Origin: a virus
DNA: 64,000 bases
Strand: one strand, 5' to 3'
IMG/VR virus record: IMGVR_UViG_3300043607_000039
Coordinates: 1 to 64,000 of that record
Positions 34,895 to 42,916 of this stretch are shown here, one piece after another (position 1 is the stretch's first letter; each line of letters starts with the position of its first letter). The notes under the pieces were generated by a model. The model saw only the letters and a program-made list of their open reading frames with translations, searched no databases and was not told the DNA's origin. The position numbers and the translations under genes are program-made.

Positions 34895-35286
34895 CTCGCT
34901 TCAAGCGATGGCTCGCCAGCCTGGCCGTCGGCCTCCTGGTGATCACGGGCGTGCTCGTGGTCACGGAAGCTCCGGCCGCTGCGGCCCCGTACTGTCCCCC
35001 CAACTACGCCTGCCTCTACGAGAACCAGGGAGGCGGCGGCTCCTCGATCTCGTTCTACTACAGCCCCTACTCCTGCATCTACCTCGGCGGCGGCTTCAAC
35101 GACCGGGCCTCGTCGGTTCGGAACGAAACCCCCATCCAGATCAAGTTCCGGGACAACTTCGACTGCACCGGCAGCTATGTGGCCGCGGGTGCCGCCTGTG
35201 GTGGCTGTCTCGGGTCCTACATCAACGACCTGGCCGGCTGGCCCTACTTCTTCAACGACCGGGTCAGTGCGATCCAGTTCTACTAG
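34891..35286 (+). CDS. Secreted peptidase-inhibitor I36 / beta-gamma-crystallin-like protein
   Basis: Signal peptide; CP..YACLY....G.G and FNDRASSV.N repeats. Confidence 0.75.
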   Translation: MTRFKRWLASLAVGLLVITGVLVVTEAPAAAAPYCPPNYACLYENQGGGGSSISFYYSPYSCIYLGGGFNDRASSVRNETPIQIKFRDNFDCTGSYVAAGAACGGCLGSYINDLAGWPYFFNDRVSAIQFY

Positions 35287-35331
35287 CAAGAGCGTGTGAC
35301 CCGACCATATGACTCATGGTCGGGTCACCAT

Positions 35332-35404
35332 TCCGGGGTACGGCGTTGGTGCCGTGGCCGCGCTTTGGACGCGGAACCCATAGGTTCGATTCCTGTACCC
35401 GGAG
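35332..35404 (+). tRNA. tRNA-Gln(TTG)
   Basis: Loop CTTTGGA. Confidence 0.8.
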
Positions 35405-35407
35405 CTT

Positions 35408-35480
35408 GCCTCGGTGGGCTAATGGAAAAGCCGCGGTACTCAAACTGCCGTGAATGACGGTTCGAATCCGTCCCTTGGCA
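35408..35480 (+). tRNA. tRNA-Leu(CAA), short variable loop
   Basis: Loop CTCAAAC; two acceptor-stem mismatches. Confidence 0.6.
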
Positions 35481-35486
35481 CGCAAT

Positions 35487-35560
35487 GCCGGTATAGCTCA
35501 GTAGGTCAGAGCGCTTCCTCGGTAAGGAAGAGGCCTCCGGTTCGATTCCGGATTCCGGCT
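35487..35560 (+). tRNA. tRNA-Thr(GGT)
   Basis: Loop TCGGTAA (C33). Confidence 0.85.
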
Positions 35561-35678
35561 CGGCAATCCCTGGTCCGGGCGAATGACCCGGTGAAAGAGG
35601 TGCGCTCCTTCTAGAAGCAGCCTTGTTGTGGGCGCAAGTCCAAACAATGAAGTCTGACGCCGGGGAACTGCATATCAA

Positions 35679-35755
35679 GCGGATGAAGCTCAGCCTGGTC
35701 GAGCGCTATCTTGCCAAGGTAGATGTCGCGGGTTCGAATCCCGTCTTCCGCTCCA
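35679..35755 (+). tRNA. tRNA-Gly(GCC)
   Basis: Loop TTGCCAA; CCA encoded. Confidence 0.9.
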
Positions 35756-35765
35756 GTAACAACAT

Positions 35766-35837
35766 GCGGGTGTGGCGCAACGGTAGCGAGGCTCCCTCTA
35801 AAGGAGATGGTTGCGGGTTCGAGTCCCGTCGCCCGCA
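35766..35837 (+). tRNA. Amber suppressor tRNA (CTA)
   Basis: Cloverleaf; CTCC-CTCTAAA-GGAG anticodon arm. Confidence 0.8.
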
Positions 35838-35886
35838 CGTGACAAACACATAGGTAAGAAACGACAAGGTTCATGGAGGTGAACCA

Positions 35887-36330
35887 GTGCAAGCAGTCCT
35901 CGTTCTCAACGCTGACCTCGGGCCCTTGCACCGGGTCAGCCTCAAGCACGCGATCCGGATGCTCTGCCGTGGTATCGCAGAGGTCCACGAAGCGGAGCCT
36001 GACATACGCTTCGGTCTGTGGCCGTGGCCCACTGCGGTCAGACTCGTCCGGTACATCGTGACGAAGTGGCGCTACACCGCTGGACCCGCGTGGTCCCGGC
36101 AAGGCGTCCTGAACCGAGACAACCGGACCTGCGGCTACTGCGGTAGCCGCGAAGGTCGCACCGTCGACCACATTCTCCCCACCTCCCGGGGCGGGAAGAA
36201 CACCTGGCAGAACACGGTCGCCTCGTGCGATCCCTGCAACCAGATCAAAGGCAACCGGACCCCGCAAGAGGCCGGCATGCGACTCCTGGTGAAGCCAGCC
36301 GCCCCGAGCTGGGCGACGATGAAGCGGTAA
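35887..36330 (+). CDS. HNH endonuclease
   Basis: RD..TCGYCG..TVDHILP.SRGG..W.N.V..C..CN. Confidence 0.9.
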   Translation: MQAVLVLNADLGPLHRVSLKHAIRMLCRGIAEVHEAEPDIRFGLWPWPTAVRLVRYIVTKWRYTAGPAWSRQGVLNRDNRTCGYCGSREGRTVDHILPTSRGGKNTWQNTVASCDPCNQIKGNRTPQEAGMRLLVKPAAPSWATMKR

Positions 36331-36439
36331 AGCAAGAGGCTGGTCCCGATCTGTTCGAGATAATCCCATGGTGAAGACGATGGTCAACGGGTCCATGGAC
36401 CCCGGGATCTAGCGCCAGCCTTCCATGAAACACACACAT

Positions 36440-36512
36440 TCCGAGTTGGTGTAAATCGGTAGCATGGCGGTCTCTGAAACCGTCGGTCTAGGTTCGAGCC
36501 CTGGACTCGGAG
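36440..36512 (+). tRNA. tRNA-Gln(CTG)
   Basis: Loop CTCTGAA. Confidence 0.9.
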
Positions 36513-36533
36513 CAGTAACTCTTGGGGGCACAC

Positions 36534-36788
36534 ATGACAAAAGTCATCGTGTTCCACACCGGGTACGGATGCTGGACCGGTTGTTGTGGACATGCCATTG
36601 CCGTGGTCGACGAGAACGGCAACGAGAAGCGGCAGGCGTTCGAATTCGCTCACCCTTACTTCAAGGGCGAGCGGACCGAAGAGGAAGCCAAGAAGTGGGC
36701 CCAGCAGCTGGTCGCCAACGAAATGGGCAGCGCCCATGTCGCCGACCTGGACTGGGAACATTGCATCATCGAAGATGATGTCTACTAG
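36534..36788 (+). CDS. Hypothetical protein (GCWTGCCGH)
   Basis: 84-aa ORF with GGGGG RBS. Confidence 0.55.
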   Translation: MTKVIVFHTGYGCWTGCCGHAIAVVDENGNEKRQAFEFAHPYFKGERTEEEAKKWAQQLVANEMGSAHVADLDWEHCIIEDDVY

Positions 36789-36882
36789 TCTCCGCTAGCT
36801 GGAGTCACGTCTAGCGCACCACGGCGGTAATGCAGTCCCTGCCTCCCATGGCGTACTGGCGTCGAGGCAGGGACTGCATCCA

Positions 36883-36963
36883 GGGGGTAGTAGGTACGAC
36901 TGGTGTTGAAGGCCGAGGCATCGGAGCGGCATCAGGACTCGGGTTCGAATCCCGATACCTCCA
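36883..36963 (+). ncRNA. Minimal tmRNA-like RNA (tRNA-like domain only, no tag ORF)
   Basis: GGGGGTA/TACCTCC-A with G3:U70; stemless D-loop GG...CGAC; 9-bp P2 helix; GAC linker; TCGGG-TTCGAAT-CCCGA T-arm. Confidence 0.75.
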
Positions 36964-36972
36964 CACGGAAAT

Positions 36973-37045
36973 GCTCTGGTAGCCCAAAGGTAGAGGCACT
37001 GTCTTGAGGAGGCAGCCAGTGGGAGTTCGACTCTCCCTCGGAGCA
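36973..37045 (+). tRNA. tRNA-Leu(GAG), short variable loop
   Basis: Loop TTGAGGA. Confidence 0.85.
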
Positions 37046-37046
37046 C

Positions 37047-37121
37047 GGTCTGGGCGTAGCCCAAAGGTAGAGGCAGCCCCTCAAAGGTGTAGTTGCGGAT
37101 TCGACCCCCGCCCCCAGGCCA
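37047..37121 (+). pseudogene. Degenerate tRNA with TCA in the anticodon position
   Basis: D-arm identical to the preceding tRNA-Leu; weak anticodon and T stems. Confidence 0.4.
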
Positions 37122-37126
37122 CCTTT

Positions 37127-37199
37127 GCCGGCGTAGCTCACCAGGTAGAGCGCGGATCTTGTAAATCCGAGGCAGTCGGTTCGAGTCCGACCGTCGGCT
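37127..37199 (+). tRNA. tRNA-Thr(TGT)
   Basis: Loop CTTGTAA. Confidence 0.9.
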
Positions 37200-37200
37200 C

Positions 37201-37605
37201 GTGAATCACAGGCACAGCGAATACGAGGAGATCTCGGGAGTACCGGAGATCACCGACTTCAAGCTCCTCTGGATTAGCGGCTTCTACGACGGCCCCACAT
37301 CCGGACTGGTCCAGGTCGGCGAAAGCCTGTGCTGGGCGCAAATGATCGAAGAGTGCAGTGAGGATCCAGGCTGCGGTTGGTACCGCAAGTACAAGCTCAT
37401 GAAGATGAGCGTCGAGCAGATTCTCGACCAGGTCCAGCAGCACGCACTGTTTGCCAAGTTCGTGTCAGGCCAAAAGGAACTGGGCTGGGACTGGACTCAG
37501 ATTGACACCCAACGGCCCCATTCGGAATGGTCGGGCTACTACGACCAGTACGGAACAGACGCCCAGGATCCGGTCGGAGAAGTTGTGGGGTGGTTCGTTC
37601 GATGA
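37201..37605 (+). CDS. Hypothetical protein
   Basis: W...YDGP.SG motif; coupled to the next ORF. Confidence 0.55.
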   Translation: MNHRHSEYEEISGVPEITDFKLLWISGFYDGPTSGLVQVGESLCWAQMIEECSEDPGCGWYRKYKLMKMSVEQILDQVQQHALFAKFVSGQKELGWDWTQIDTQRPHSEWSGYYDQYGTDAQDPVGEVVGWFVR

Positions 37606-37940
37606 AACACGGATATACACTCGCGACGATCTACTCCAGGACCAGTAAGAGGTACCAGGTCGAGTTCTGGTCCCAACCCTGGCGCCATTGGATCGTGGCC
37701 AACGTCTACCACTGGTACGACATGCACGTCTTCAAGGTGCCTGGGTTCAGACGCCTGGAGAAGTGGCTCCACGACCGGCACGGCAACGATCCACTGGAGT
37801 ACATCCCGCTGGGGTGCCGTCAGGACCTCCGGTGCTGGCACCTCACCAACAAGAGGCGGGTCCAGTTGGTGACCCTCGGGATCACTGCCGAGCAGTACGG
37901 ACGACTAGGAGGCAGGTATGGCTCGGAGGGTGCCCAATAA
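37602..37940 (+). CDS. Hypothetical protein
   Basis: ATGA overlap with the upstream stop. Confidence 0.5.
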   Translation: MKHGYTLATIYSRTSKRYQVEFWSQPWRHWIVANVYHWYDMHVFKVPGFRRLEKWLHDRHGNDPLEYIPLGCRQDLRCWHLTNKRRVQLVTLGITAEQYGRLGGRYGSEGAQ

Positions 37941-38121
37941 GTGGCCCGGCCCTCCGCACCTGGAGCCCTACAACGGACTCTGGGTGGGAGTAGTGGGCCG
38001 TCGAGTCGTAGTACACGGAGAAAGCCCCGAGCAGGTCCGAGCCAAGATCAAGCACCTGCGGCGCCAGGTCGACGCCGTGTTCGAGGTCCCTGCGTACAAG
38101 AAATGGGGGAAAGAAGAATGA
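37918..38121 (+). CDS. Small DUF5678-like protein
   Basis: Y.G.WV.V....VV.HG.S. Confidence 0.5.
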   Translation: MARRVPNKWPGPPHLEPYNGLWVGVVGRRVVVHGESPEQVRAKIKHLRRQVDAVFEVPAYKKWGKEE

Positions 38122-38249
38122 TCCCCTGGTGGATGTGGCTGATCGGACTGCTGGGCCTGGCGACCGCGGTAATTGGCTGGTCAATCACCCAGACTCCTCC
38201 GGGAGACAAGGACGCAGCCCCACGTCAGGATGCACAATGGTGGCGATAG
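38118..38249 (+). CDS. Small membrane protein
   Basis: MIPWWMWLIGLLGL..., ATGA overlap. Confidence 0.45.
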   Translation: MIPWWMWLIGLLGLATAVIGWSITQTPPGDKDAAPRQDAQWWR

Positions 38250-38262
38250 CTCGGGAGGGTCA

Positions 38263-38451
38263 ATGATGCAGTTTGTGAAGAGCACCAAATGCGAAACGGG
38301 TGCCTGTGTCGAGGTAGCCCTTGGTGAGGATCGGGCGCTGGTGCGCAACTCCACACAGCCAGGCACGGTCAACGAGTTCCCCAAGGAGATGTGGGAGGGC
38401 TTCGTGGCCGCAGTTCGACAGGGAACGTTCGACTTTGACTCGCCCGTGTAG
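38263..38451 (+). CDS. DUF397 protein
   Basis: KS..C..GACVEV..VRNS..W..F...V..G.F. Confidence 0.85.
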   Translation: MMQFVKSTKCETGACVEVALGEDRALVRNSTQPGTVNEFPKEMWEGFVAAVRQGTFDFDSPV

Positions 38452-38515
38452 CTCGGACGGTTCGAGCAGCCGCCTCGTAAGCGGAAGGATCCCAGTTCGA
38501 ATCTGGGCTCGGGCT
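38442..38515 (+). tRNA. tRNA-Thr(CGT)
   Basis: Loop CTCGTAA; overlaps the DUF397 stop. Confidence 0.85.
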
Positions 38516-38518
38516 CGG

Positions 38519-38587
38519 GGGTTGAGCACTGGTGTGCAGGTTTGCTTTGCAAGCAGACCCCGCGGAGTTCGACTCTCCGTCAATCCA
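38519..38587 (+). tRNA. tRNA-Ala(TGC), compact D-arm
   Basis: G3:U70; loop TTTGCAA. Confidence 0.75.
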
Positions 38588-38705
38588 CGCCTGCGTCCAC
38601 AGGCCCAGGTGAAGGGTACGGACGGCGAGGTAAGAACCAGGATTAGCGGGTCGGCTGGTTGGGCCTGTTGGTTCTCACATGGTCCTGGTCGCCCTTCATC
38701 ACCAT

Positions 38706-38780
38706 GCCGAGGTAGGCCACGCTGGCGAGCCGCTGCATTTAGGGTGCAGTGTTAGGCGGGTTCGACTCCCGTCCTCGGTA
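38706..38780 (+). tRNA. tRNA-Leu(TAG), short variable loop
   Basis: Loop TTTAGGG. Confidence 0.8.
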
Positions 38781-38817
38781 CTTGAAATAGCAGACGTGGT
38801 GAGTAAACTGTCATCCC

Positions 38818-39372
38818 ATGCGCCTGCTCGTCAAGACATATGGCCCGTATATCTACAGGTCTGGCAATAGGTTACGTCGGTTCGTGATCCACCTTTACGA
38901 CGACGGCACTCGTCGTACCCAGTCCAATGCCCGATACCTGTTGGAGCAACACCTGGGGCGCCTACTGACAGAAGACGAAGACGCCGATCATATTGACGGA
39001 AACCCTTTGAATGATGACCTATCCAACTTACGTCCGTTGTCGTCTTTCGAAAACCGAAGTCGAGCACATGAGCCTGCGCCTCTCTATGAGTTCAGCTGCC
39101 TCATGTGTGGTAATTCAGCGGTCACGCTGTTGCGTGACTATCGACGTAACCAGGAGGTTCTCGGGAAAGCTGGACCCTTCTGTAGCAAGTCGTGTTCGGG
39201 GACATGGTCCACAACCGTTGACAGGGCGAACCAGGGCAACTCCTGTAAACCCCATAAGACTCACTGCAAGTACGGTCATCTGAAGACAGGCCTGATCAGA
39301 AAGGCAGATGGATCCGTGTACAAGAACTGCAACGAATGTAACCGCTTACGTGCTCAATTACGTCGGAAGTAA
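38818..39372 (+). CDS. HNH homing endonuclease
   Basis: DHIDGNPLNDDLSNL. Confidence 0.85.
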   Translation: MRLLVKTYGPYIYRSGNRLRRFVIHLYDDGTRRTQSNARYLLEQHLGRLLTEDEDADHIDGNPLNDDLSNLRPLSSFENRSRAHEPAPLYEFSCLMCGNSAVTLLRDYRRNQEVLGKAGPFCSKSCSGTWSTTVDRANQGNSCKPHKTHCKYGHLKTGLIRKADGSVYKNCNECNRLRAQLRRK

Positions 39373-39382
39373 CGCCGCCTTC

Positions 39383-39455
39383 GGGCGGGTACTCCAACGG
39401 TAGAGAGAGCTGATTTAAAACCAGTCCAGTACGGGTTCGACTCCCGTGCCGCCCA
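39383..39455 (+). tRNA. tRNA-Leu(TAA), short variable loop
   Basis: Loop TTTAAAA. Confidence 0.75.
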
Positions 39456-39499
39456 CAGTTGGTTTTCAGCAGTACCCTCTCCTGGAGAGAGATAGTCAA

Positions 39500-39573
39500 G
39501 GTGTCGTGGCGTAGTTGGTTAGCGCACCTCCCTGTCACGGAGGAGATCGCGGGTTCGAGTCCCGTCGGCGCCG
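39500..39573 (+). tRNA. tRNA-Asp(GTC)
   Basis: Loop CTGTCAC. Confidence 0.9.
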
Positions 39574-39574
39574 C

Positions 39575-39859
39575 ATGTCAGATGAAACAGAACCATTGCC
39601 CTGTCTTATCTGTGCCAGGAGGCTCAGGGCCGCAATGCCCGATGCCTACAACCAGCCGTGGGGTGCGACCATGTTCCATTCCCACGGCCAGTACGGCAGC
39701 ACCCTGTTCGACCCCATTCACAGCATGGTGCGACTAGAAATCAACATCTGCGACGAGTGCCTCAGGGCGCACAAGGAGCGGGTCATTTACGTTCGGGATC
39801 ATCACGTCGAGCCGACACACGACGTAATGCCGTGGGACCCGAACATGTTCGACGATTAA
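39575..39859 (+). CDS. Zn-binding hypothetical protein
   Basis: CxxC...G.YGS..FD...ICDEC. Confidence 0.6.
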   Translation: MSDETEPLPCLICARRLRAAMPDAYNQPWGATMFHSHGQYGSTLFDPIHSMVRLEINICDECLRAHKERVIYVRDHHVEPTHDVMPWDPNMFDD

Positions 39860-39865
39860 TTGAAT

Positions 39866-39955
39866 AGTGAGATGGCCGAGTGGTCGAAGGCGCAGCACTG
39901 CTAATGCTGAGGTCGCCGTTAAGGGGGCCCCCGGGTTCGAATCCCGGTCTCACTG
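39866..39955 (+). tRNA. tRNA-Ser(GCT)
   Basis: Loop CTGCTAA; long variable arm. Confidence 0.9.
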
Positions 39956-39960
39956 CACAA

Positions 39961-40035
39961 GGGAGCGTAGCTCAGCCCGGTTTGAGCACCCGTCTGATAA
40001 GCGGGAGGTCGGCGGTTCAAATCCGTCCGCTCCTA
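39961..40035 (+). tRNA. tRNA-Ile(GAT)
   Basis: Loop CTGATAA. Confidence 0.9.
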
Positions 40036-40045
40036 CGTAACACAT

Positions 40046-40119
40046 GCCCCCTTAGTTCAGAGGATTAGAACATCTGACTACGGATCAGAAGGTCGCGTGT
40101 TCGAATCACGCAGGGGGTG
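40046..40119 (+). tRNA. tRNA-Arg(ACG)
   Basis: Loop CTACGGA. Confidence 0.9.
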
Positions 40120-40152
40120 CTCACTGGATATGGCGGATGTTACGATGTCGTC

Positions 40153-40716
40153 GTGGAGCGGGACGAGCGACGTGCATGGCGACGCGTTTATGACAAGACC
40201 TGGGTGGCCGGAAAGCGCGATCGATGCTTCAAATACCTAGGTGGCCGTTGTCGGAGATGTGGTACCACAGAACAACTCCAGTTTGATCACATCGATCCGA
40301 AGTCACTGTCTTTTCGGATCTCGGGAAATCTCAACCGACGTTGGGAGGTATTGGTCGTCGAGCTGGATAAATGCCAGCTGCTATGCCTTCCTTGTCATCG
40401 CCGAAAGTCGAAGGAAAACGGTGAAACGGGAGGCGGCCAGAACAAGTTTTTAACATGTCCGCATGGAACCCTGTCTGGTTACGGAGCGCCATGGAAATGT
40501 CGTTGTGACGATTGCCGTCGGGTCAAATCCGACTACGTCAGAAAGTACCGCAAGACAAATGGATTAATGAAGCGCCTAACCAAGCAGACAGTTCTTGAGA
40601 TACGAAGCCTCTTCGCTAGAGGCACCCCTTACTTGGAATTGGCTGAGAAGTTCAACGTTGACAGGACAACGGTGTGGAAGATATGCACCCGAAGGACCTG
40701 GAAGCATCTTGAATAG
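40153..40716 (+). CDS. HNH endonuclease with C-terminal HTH
   Basis: C..CG....LQFDHID..CQLLC..CH; leaderless GTG 6 nt after TACGAT. Confidence 0.8.
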   Translation: MERDERRAWRRVYDKTWVAGKRDRCFKYLGGRCRRCGTTEQLQFDHIDPKSLSFRISGNLNRRWEVLVVELDKCQLLCLPCHRRKSKENGETGGGQNKFLTCPHGTLSGYGAPWKCRCDDCRRVKSDYVRKYRKTNGLMKRLTKQTVLEIRSLFARGTPYLELAEKFNVDRTTVWKICTRRTWKHLE

Positions 40717-40763
40717 TCCGCGAATTCTACTCGGGGGCATTCGTTCGAGATCCTGGAGAGAAC

Positions 40764-40925
40764 ATGGCTTACGACTACGACAAGGCGAAGCAGATTGTCA
40801 TAGACGCCCTGCGCGATGAAGACCAGCGCGGCGGCCCGATGCAGCGCGAGTACCCGCGCGCCATCATCGAATCACTGGCGCACAACATCGCACTGCAAAT
40901 CGAGGAAGAGGCCGTCAGCGAGTAG
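40764..40925 (+). CDS. Small hypothetical protein (53 aa)
   Basis: Manual translation MAYDYDKAK...; GGAGAG RBS. Confidence 0.5.
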   Translation: MAYDYDKAKQIVIDALRDEDQRGGPMQREYPRAIIESLAHNIALQIEEEAVSE

Positions 40926-40933
40926 GGCTCGGC

Positions 40934-41007
40934 CGGGATGTAGCGCAGCTTGGTAGCGCACCTGACTGGGGGTCAGGAGGGCGCAGGTTCAAATCCTGTC
41001 ATCCCGA
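40934..41007 (+). tRNA. tRNA-Pro(GGG)
   Basis: Loop CTGGGGG. Confidence 0.9.
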
Positions 41008-41215
41008 CGTGAAACAGAAACTGGCTCGATTGTTGTGGTGGTGGCGCAAGGTCAATGACGCTCCCTGCGGCTTGGACACCGATGAGTACGTGAACGGGGT
41101 CCATGTCTGGCGCCACAGTAAATGGTTCTGTCACTGTGATTGACTTCCTCCCCACAGGAGCGGGTGGAAGGGCTCTTCCCGAGTCCTGACTCGTCACCAG
41201 GGGGGAGGGCCTTAT

Positions 41216-41288
41216 CGGGGTGTAGCGCAGTTGGTAGCGCGCCGCGTTCGGGACGCGGAGGCCGTCAGTTCGAATCTGGCCACTCCGA
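41216..41288 (+). tRNA. tRNA-Pro(CGG)
   Basis: Loop TTCGGGA. Confidence 0.9.
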
Positions 41289-41333
41289 CGCAATGCGCAT
41301 GGAGGGTGGCGCCCAGTGGTGGGCAACCTTGAT

Positions 41334-41418
41334 GGAGAGGGTCCGGCTGGACGAGGAGCCGTATTCGAAGTGCGGTAGTAGCTAATCACTGCTCGGGGTT
41401 CAAGTCCCCGTCTCTCCG
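41334..41418 (+). tRNA. tRNA-Ser(CGA), preceded by a 5'-half tRNA remnant at 41301-41330
   Basis: Loop TTCGAAG; long variable arm. Confidence 0.8.
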
Positions 41419-41426
41419 CTCACAAT

Positions 41427-41514
41427 AGAGGCTGACCGGTTGGTCGAGGGGCACGGTTGGAAGCCGTGTACAACGCTCAGAAACGTTGCAGGAGTTCGAA
41501 TCTCCTAGCCTCTG
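41427..41514 (+). tRNA. tRNA-Ser(GGA)
   Basis: Loop TTGGAAG. Confidence 0.85.
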
Positions 41515-41520
41515 CGTCAA

Positions 41521-41606
41521 GGAAGAGCCACCCGATTGGAGACGGGCGCAGTTTTGAAAACTGTTAGAGTCGCAAGGCTTTGGGGATTCGACTTCCTCCT
41601 CTTCCG
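41521..41606 (+). tRNA. tRNA-Ser(TGA)
   Basis: Loop TTTGAAA. Confidence 0.8.
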
Positions 41607-41621
41607 CTCTACAATGGACAT

Positions 41622-41691
41622 ACCCTGCGTGTTGGATACACAGCCGATGCTTCTAACGTTGGCGTTCCGGGTTCGAGTCCCGGGCAGGGTT
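41622..41691 (+). tRNA. tRNA-Arg(TCT), compact D-arm, 7-bp anticodon stem
   Basis: Loop CTTCTAA. Confidence 0.7.
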
Positions 41692-41695
41692 CGAC

Positions 41696-41772
41696 GGTCC
41701 GGTGCCAGAGCGGCCAATTGGAACCGCCTTTTAAGCGGTAAAAGTCGTGAGTTCGAATCTCACCCGGTACCA
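41696..41772 (+). tRNA. tRNA-Lys(TTT)
   Basis: Loop CTTTTAA; bulged acceptor stem. Confidence 0.75.
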
Positions 41773-41818
41773 CGCGCAAAGGTGTTAGAGTCTAGGCGCA
41801 GCAAGGAAAACTACACAT

Positions 41819-41894
41819 GGATCCGTACCCAAAGCCTGGTTTATGGGCCCGCCTCTTAAGCGGAGTTACGTCGGTTCAAATCCGACCGGATCCA
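41819..41894 (+). tRNA. tRNA-Lys(CTT)
   Basis: Loop CTCTTAA. Confidence 0.85.
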
Positions 41895-41908
41895 CGTAGT
41901 ACATGCGA

Positions 41909-41982
<74 letters not shown>

Positions 41983-41984
41983 CT

Positions 41985-42056
41985 TGCGGGTTAGTGGAAT
42001 GGAACCATAAGGGCCTCATAAGCCCTAGATGCCGTTCGAGTCGGCACCCGCTCCCA
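41985..42056 (+). tRNA. tRNA-Met/Ile2(CAT)
   Basis: Loop CTCATAA; CCA encoded. Confidence 0.7.
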
Positions 42057-42121
42057 CATGATGGTCCTGCCACGGGGAGTGGCAGGCGTAAGCGCGGCAT
42101 ACACTCCGCGGCCCGTTACAG

Positions 42122-42195
42122 CTTCCGGTAGCTCAGCTTGGTAGAGCATCTCTATGACACGGAGAAGGCCTCAGGTTCAAATCCTGGTCGGAAGA
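42122..42195 (+). tRNA. tRNA-Val(GAC)
   Basis: Loop ATGACAC. Confidence 0.85.
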
Positions 42196-42196
42196 C

Positions 42197-42270
42197 GGAA
42201 CCGTAGACTAATTGGTTAGGTCCCCGGACTTTCAATTCGGGTGGTGCCGGTTCGAACCCGGTCGGTTCTA
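42197..42270 (+). tRNA. tRNA-Glu(TTC)
   Basis: Loop CTTTCAA. Confidence 0.9.
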
Positions 42271-42284
42271 CGTTTTACGCTCAT

Positions 42285-42358
42285 TCTCCAGTAGCTCAAT
42301 TGGCGGAGCAGCCCGCTGTTAACGGGAAGGTTTCCAGGTTCGACCCCTGGCTGGAGAG
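42285..42358 (+). tRNA. tRNA-Asn(GTT)
   Basis: Loop CTGTTAA. Confidence 0.9.
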
Positions 42359-42916
42359 CTAGCGCGAGGACATTCGGCCCTCAAGCCAGTGCAGCACGTT
42401 ATCCGCGGCCTGTCCCCGCCGCTGCCCGAGCCACGGGCGAATCAATTTCACCAAGGGGTAGAGGTGTCGTTGACGGGTCACTACCCAAACCGTCACAGGC
42501 TTGTAATAGTCCTTGGCCTGCGGTCGATATCCGTGAATGTTCCCAACGTTGGTGAGTCTTGGCAGGCGCTCGATAATATCTGGGTCCGTCATGGCGACGG
42601 ACATAGCCGCCTTAGTGTTGAGCGTGAAAGTACCTTCGCCCTCGACTAGGCCCGCTAGCCATGCGACCTCTGCTCGCGTCATCTTCCGCAGGTCCCCTGC
42701 GGCCTCGTCCCTACAGCGCCTGCACTTTTTTGAACTCTCCGACATTGGTCCGCTACACGTTGGACACGGGACCACCGAGGCGTATTTGAACTGATAGCAC
42801 TCGGCACAGTAGTTGGAGCGATTGGACCGAACCCTGACGGGCCCACCGCACATGGGGCACGGGTTCGGCTTGTAGAGGATGAGTATTTGTTCAGGATTGG
42901 TAGTACGTAGCGCCAT
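42359..42916 (-). CDS. Zn-finger + LAGLIDADG homing endonuclease
   Basis: CxxC repeats; WLAGLVEGEG. Confidence 0.8.
   Translation of the reverse strand: MALRTTNPEQILILYKPNPCPMCGGPVRVRSNRSNYCAECYQFKYASVVPCPTCSGPMSESSKKCRRCRDEAAGDLRKMTRAEVAWLAGLVEGEGTFTLNTKAAMSVAMTDPDIIERLPRLTNVGNIHGYRPQAKDYYKPVTVWVVTRQRHLYPLVKLIRPWLGQRRGQAADNVLHWLEGRMSSR

Noticed and set aside
36790-36970. Two-piece circularly permuted tmRNA
   Set aside because: The 5' and 3' halves are in normal order, joined by an 18-nt hairpin, and no tag ORF is visible nearby.
37047-37121. Selenocysteine tRNA
   Set aside because: No long variable arm and no Sec-type D-stem.
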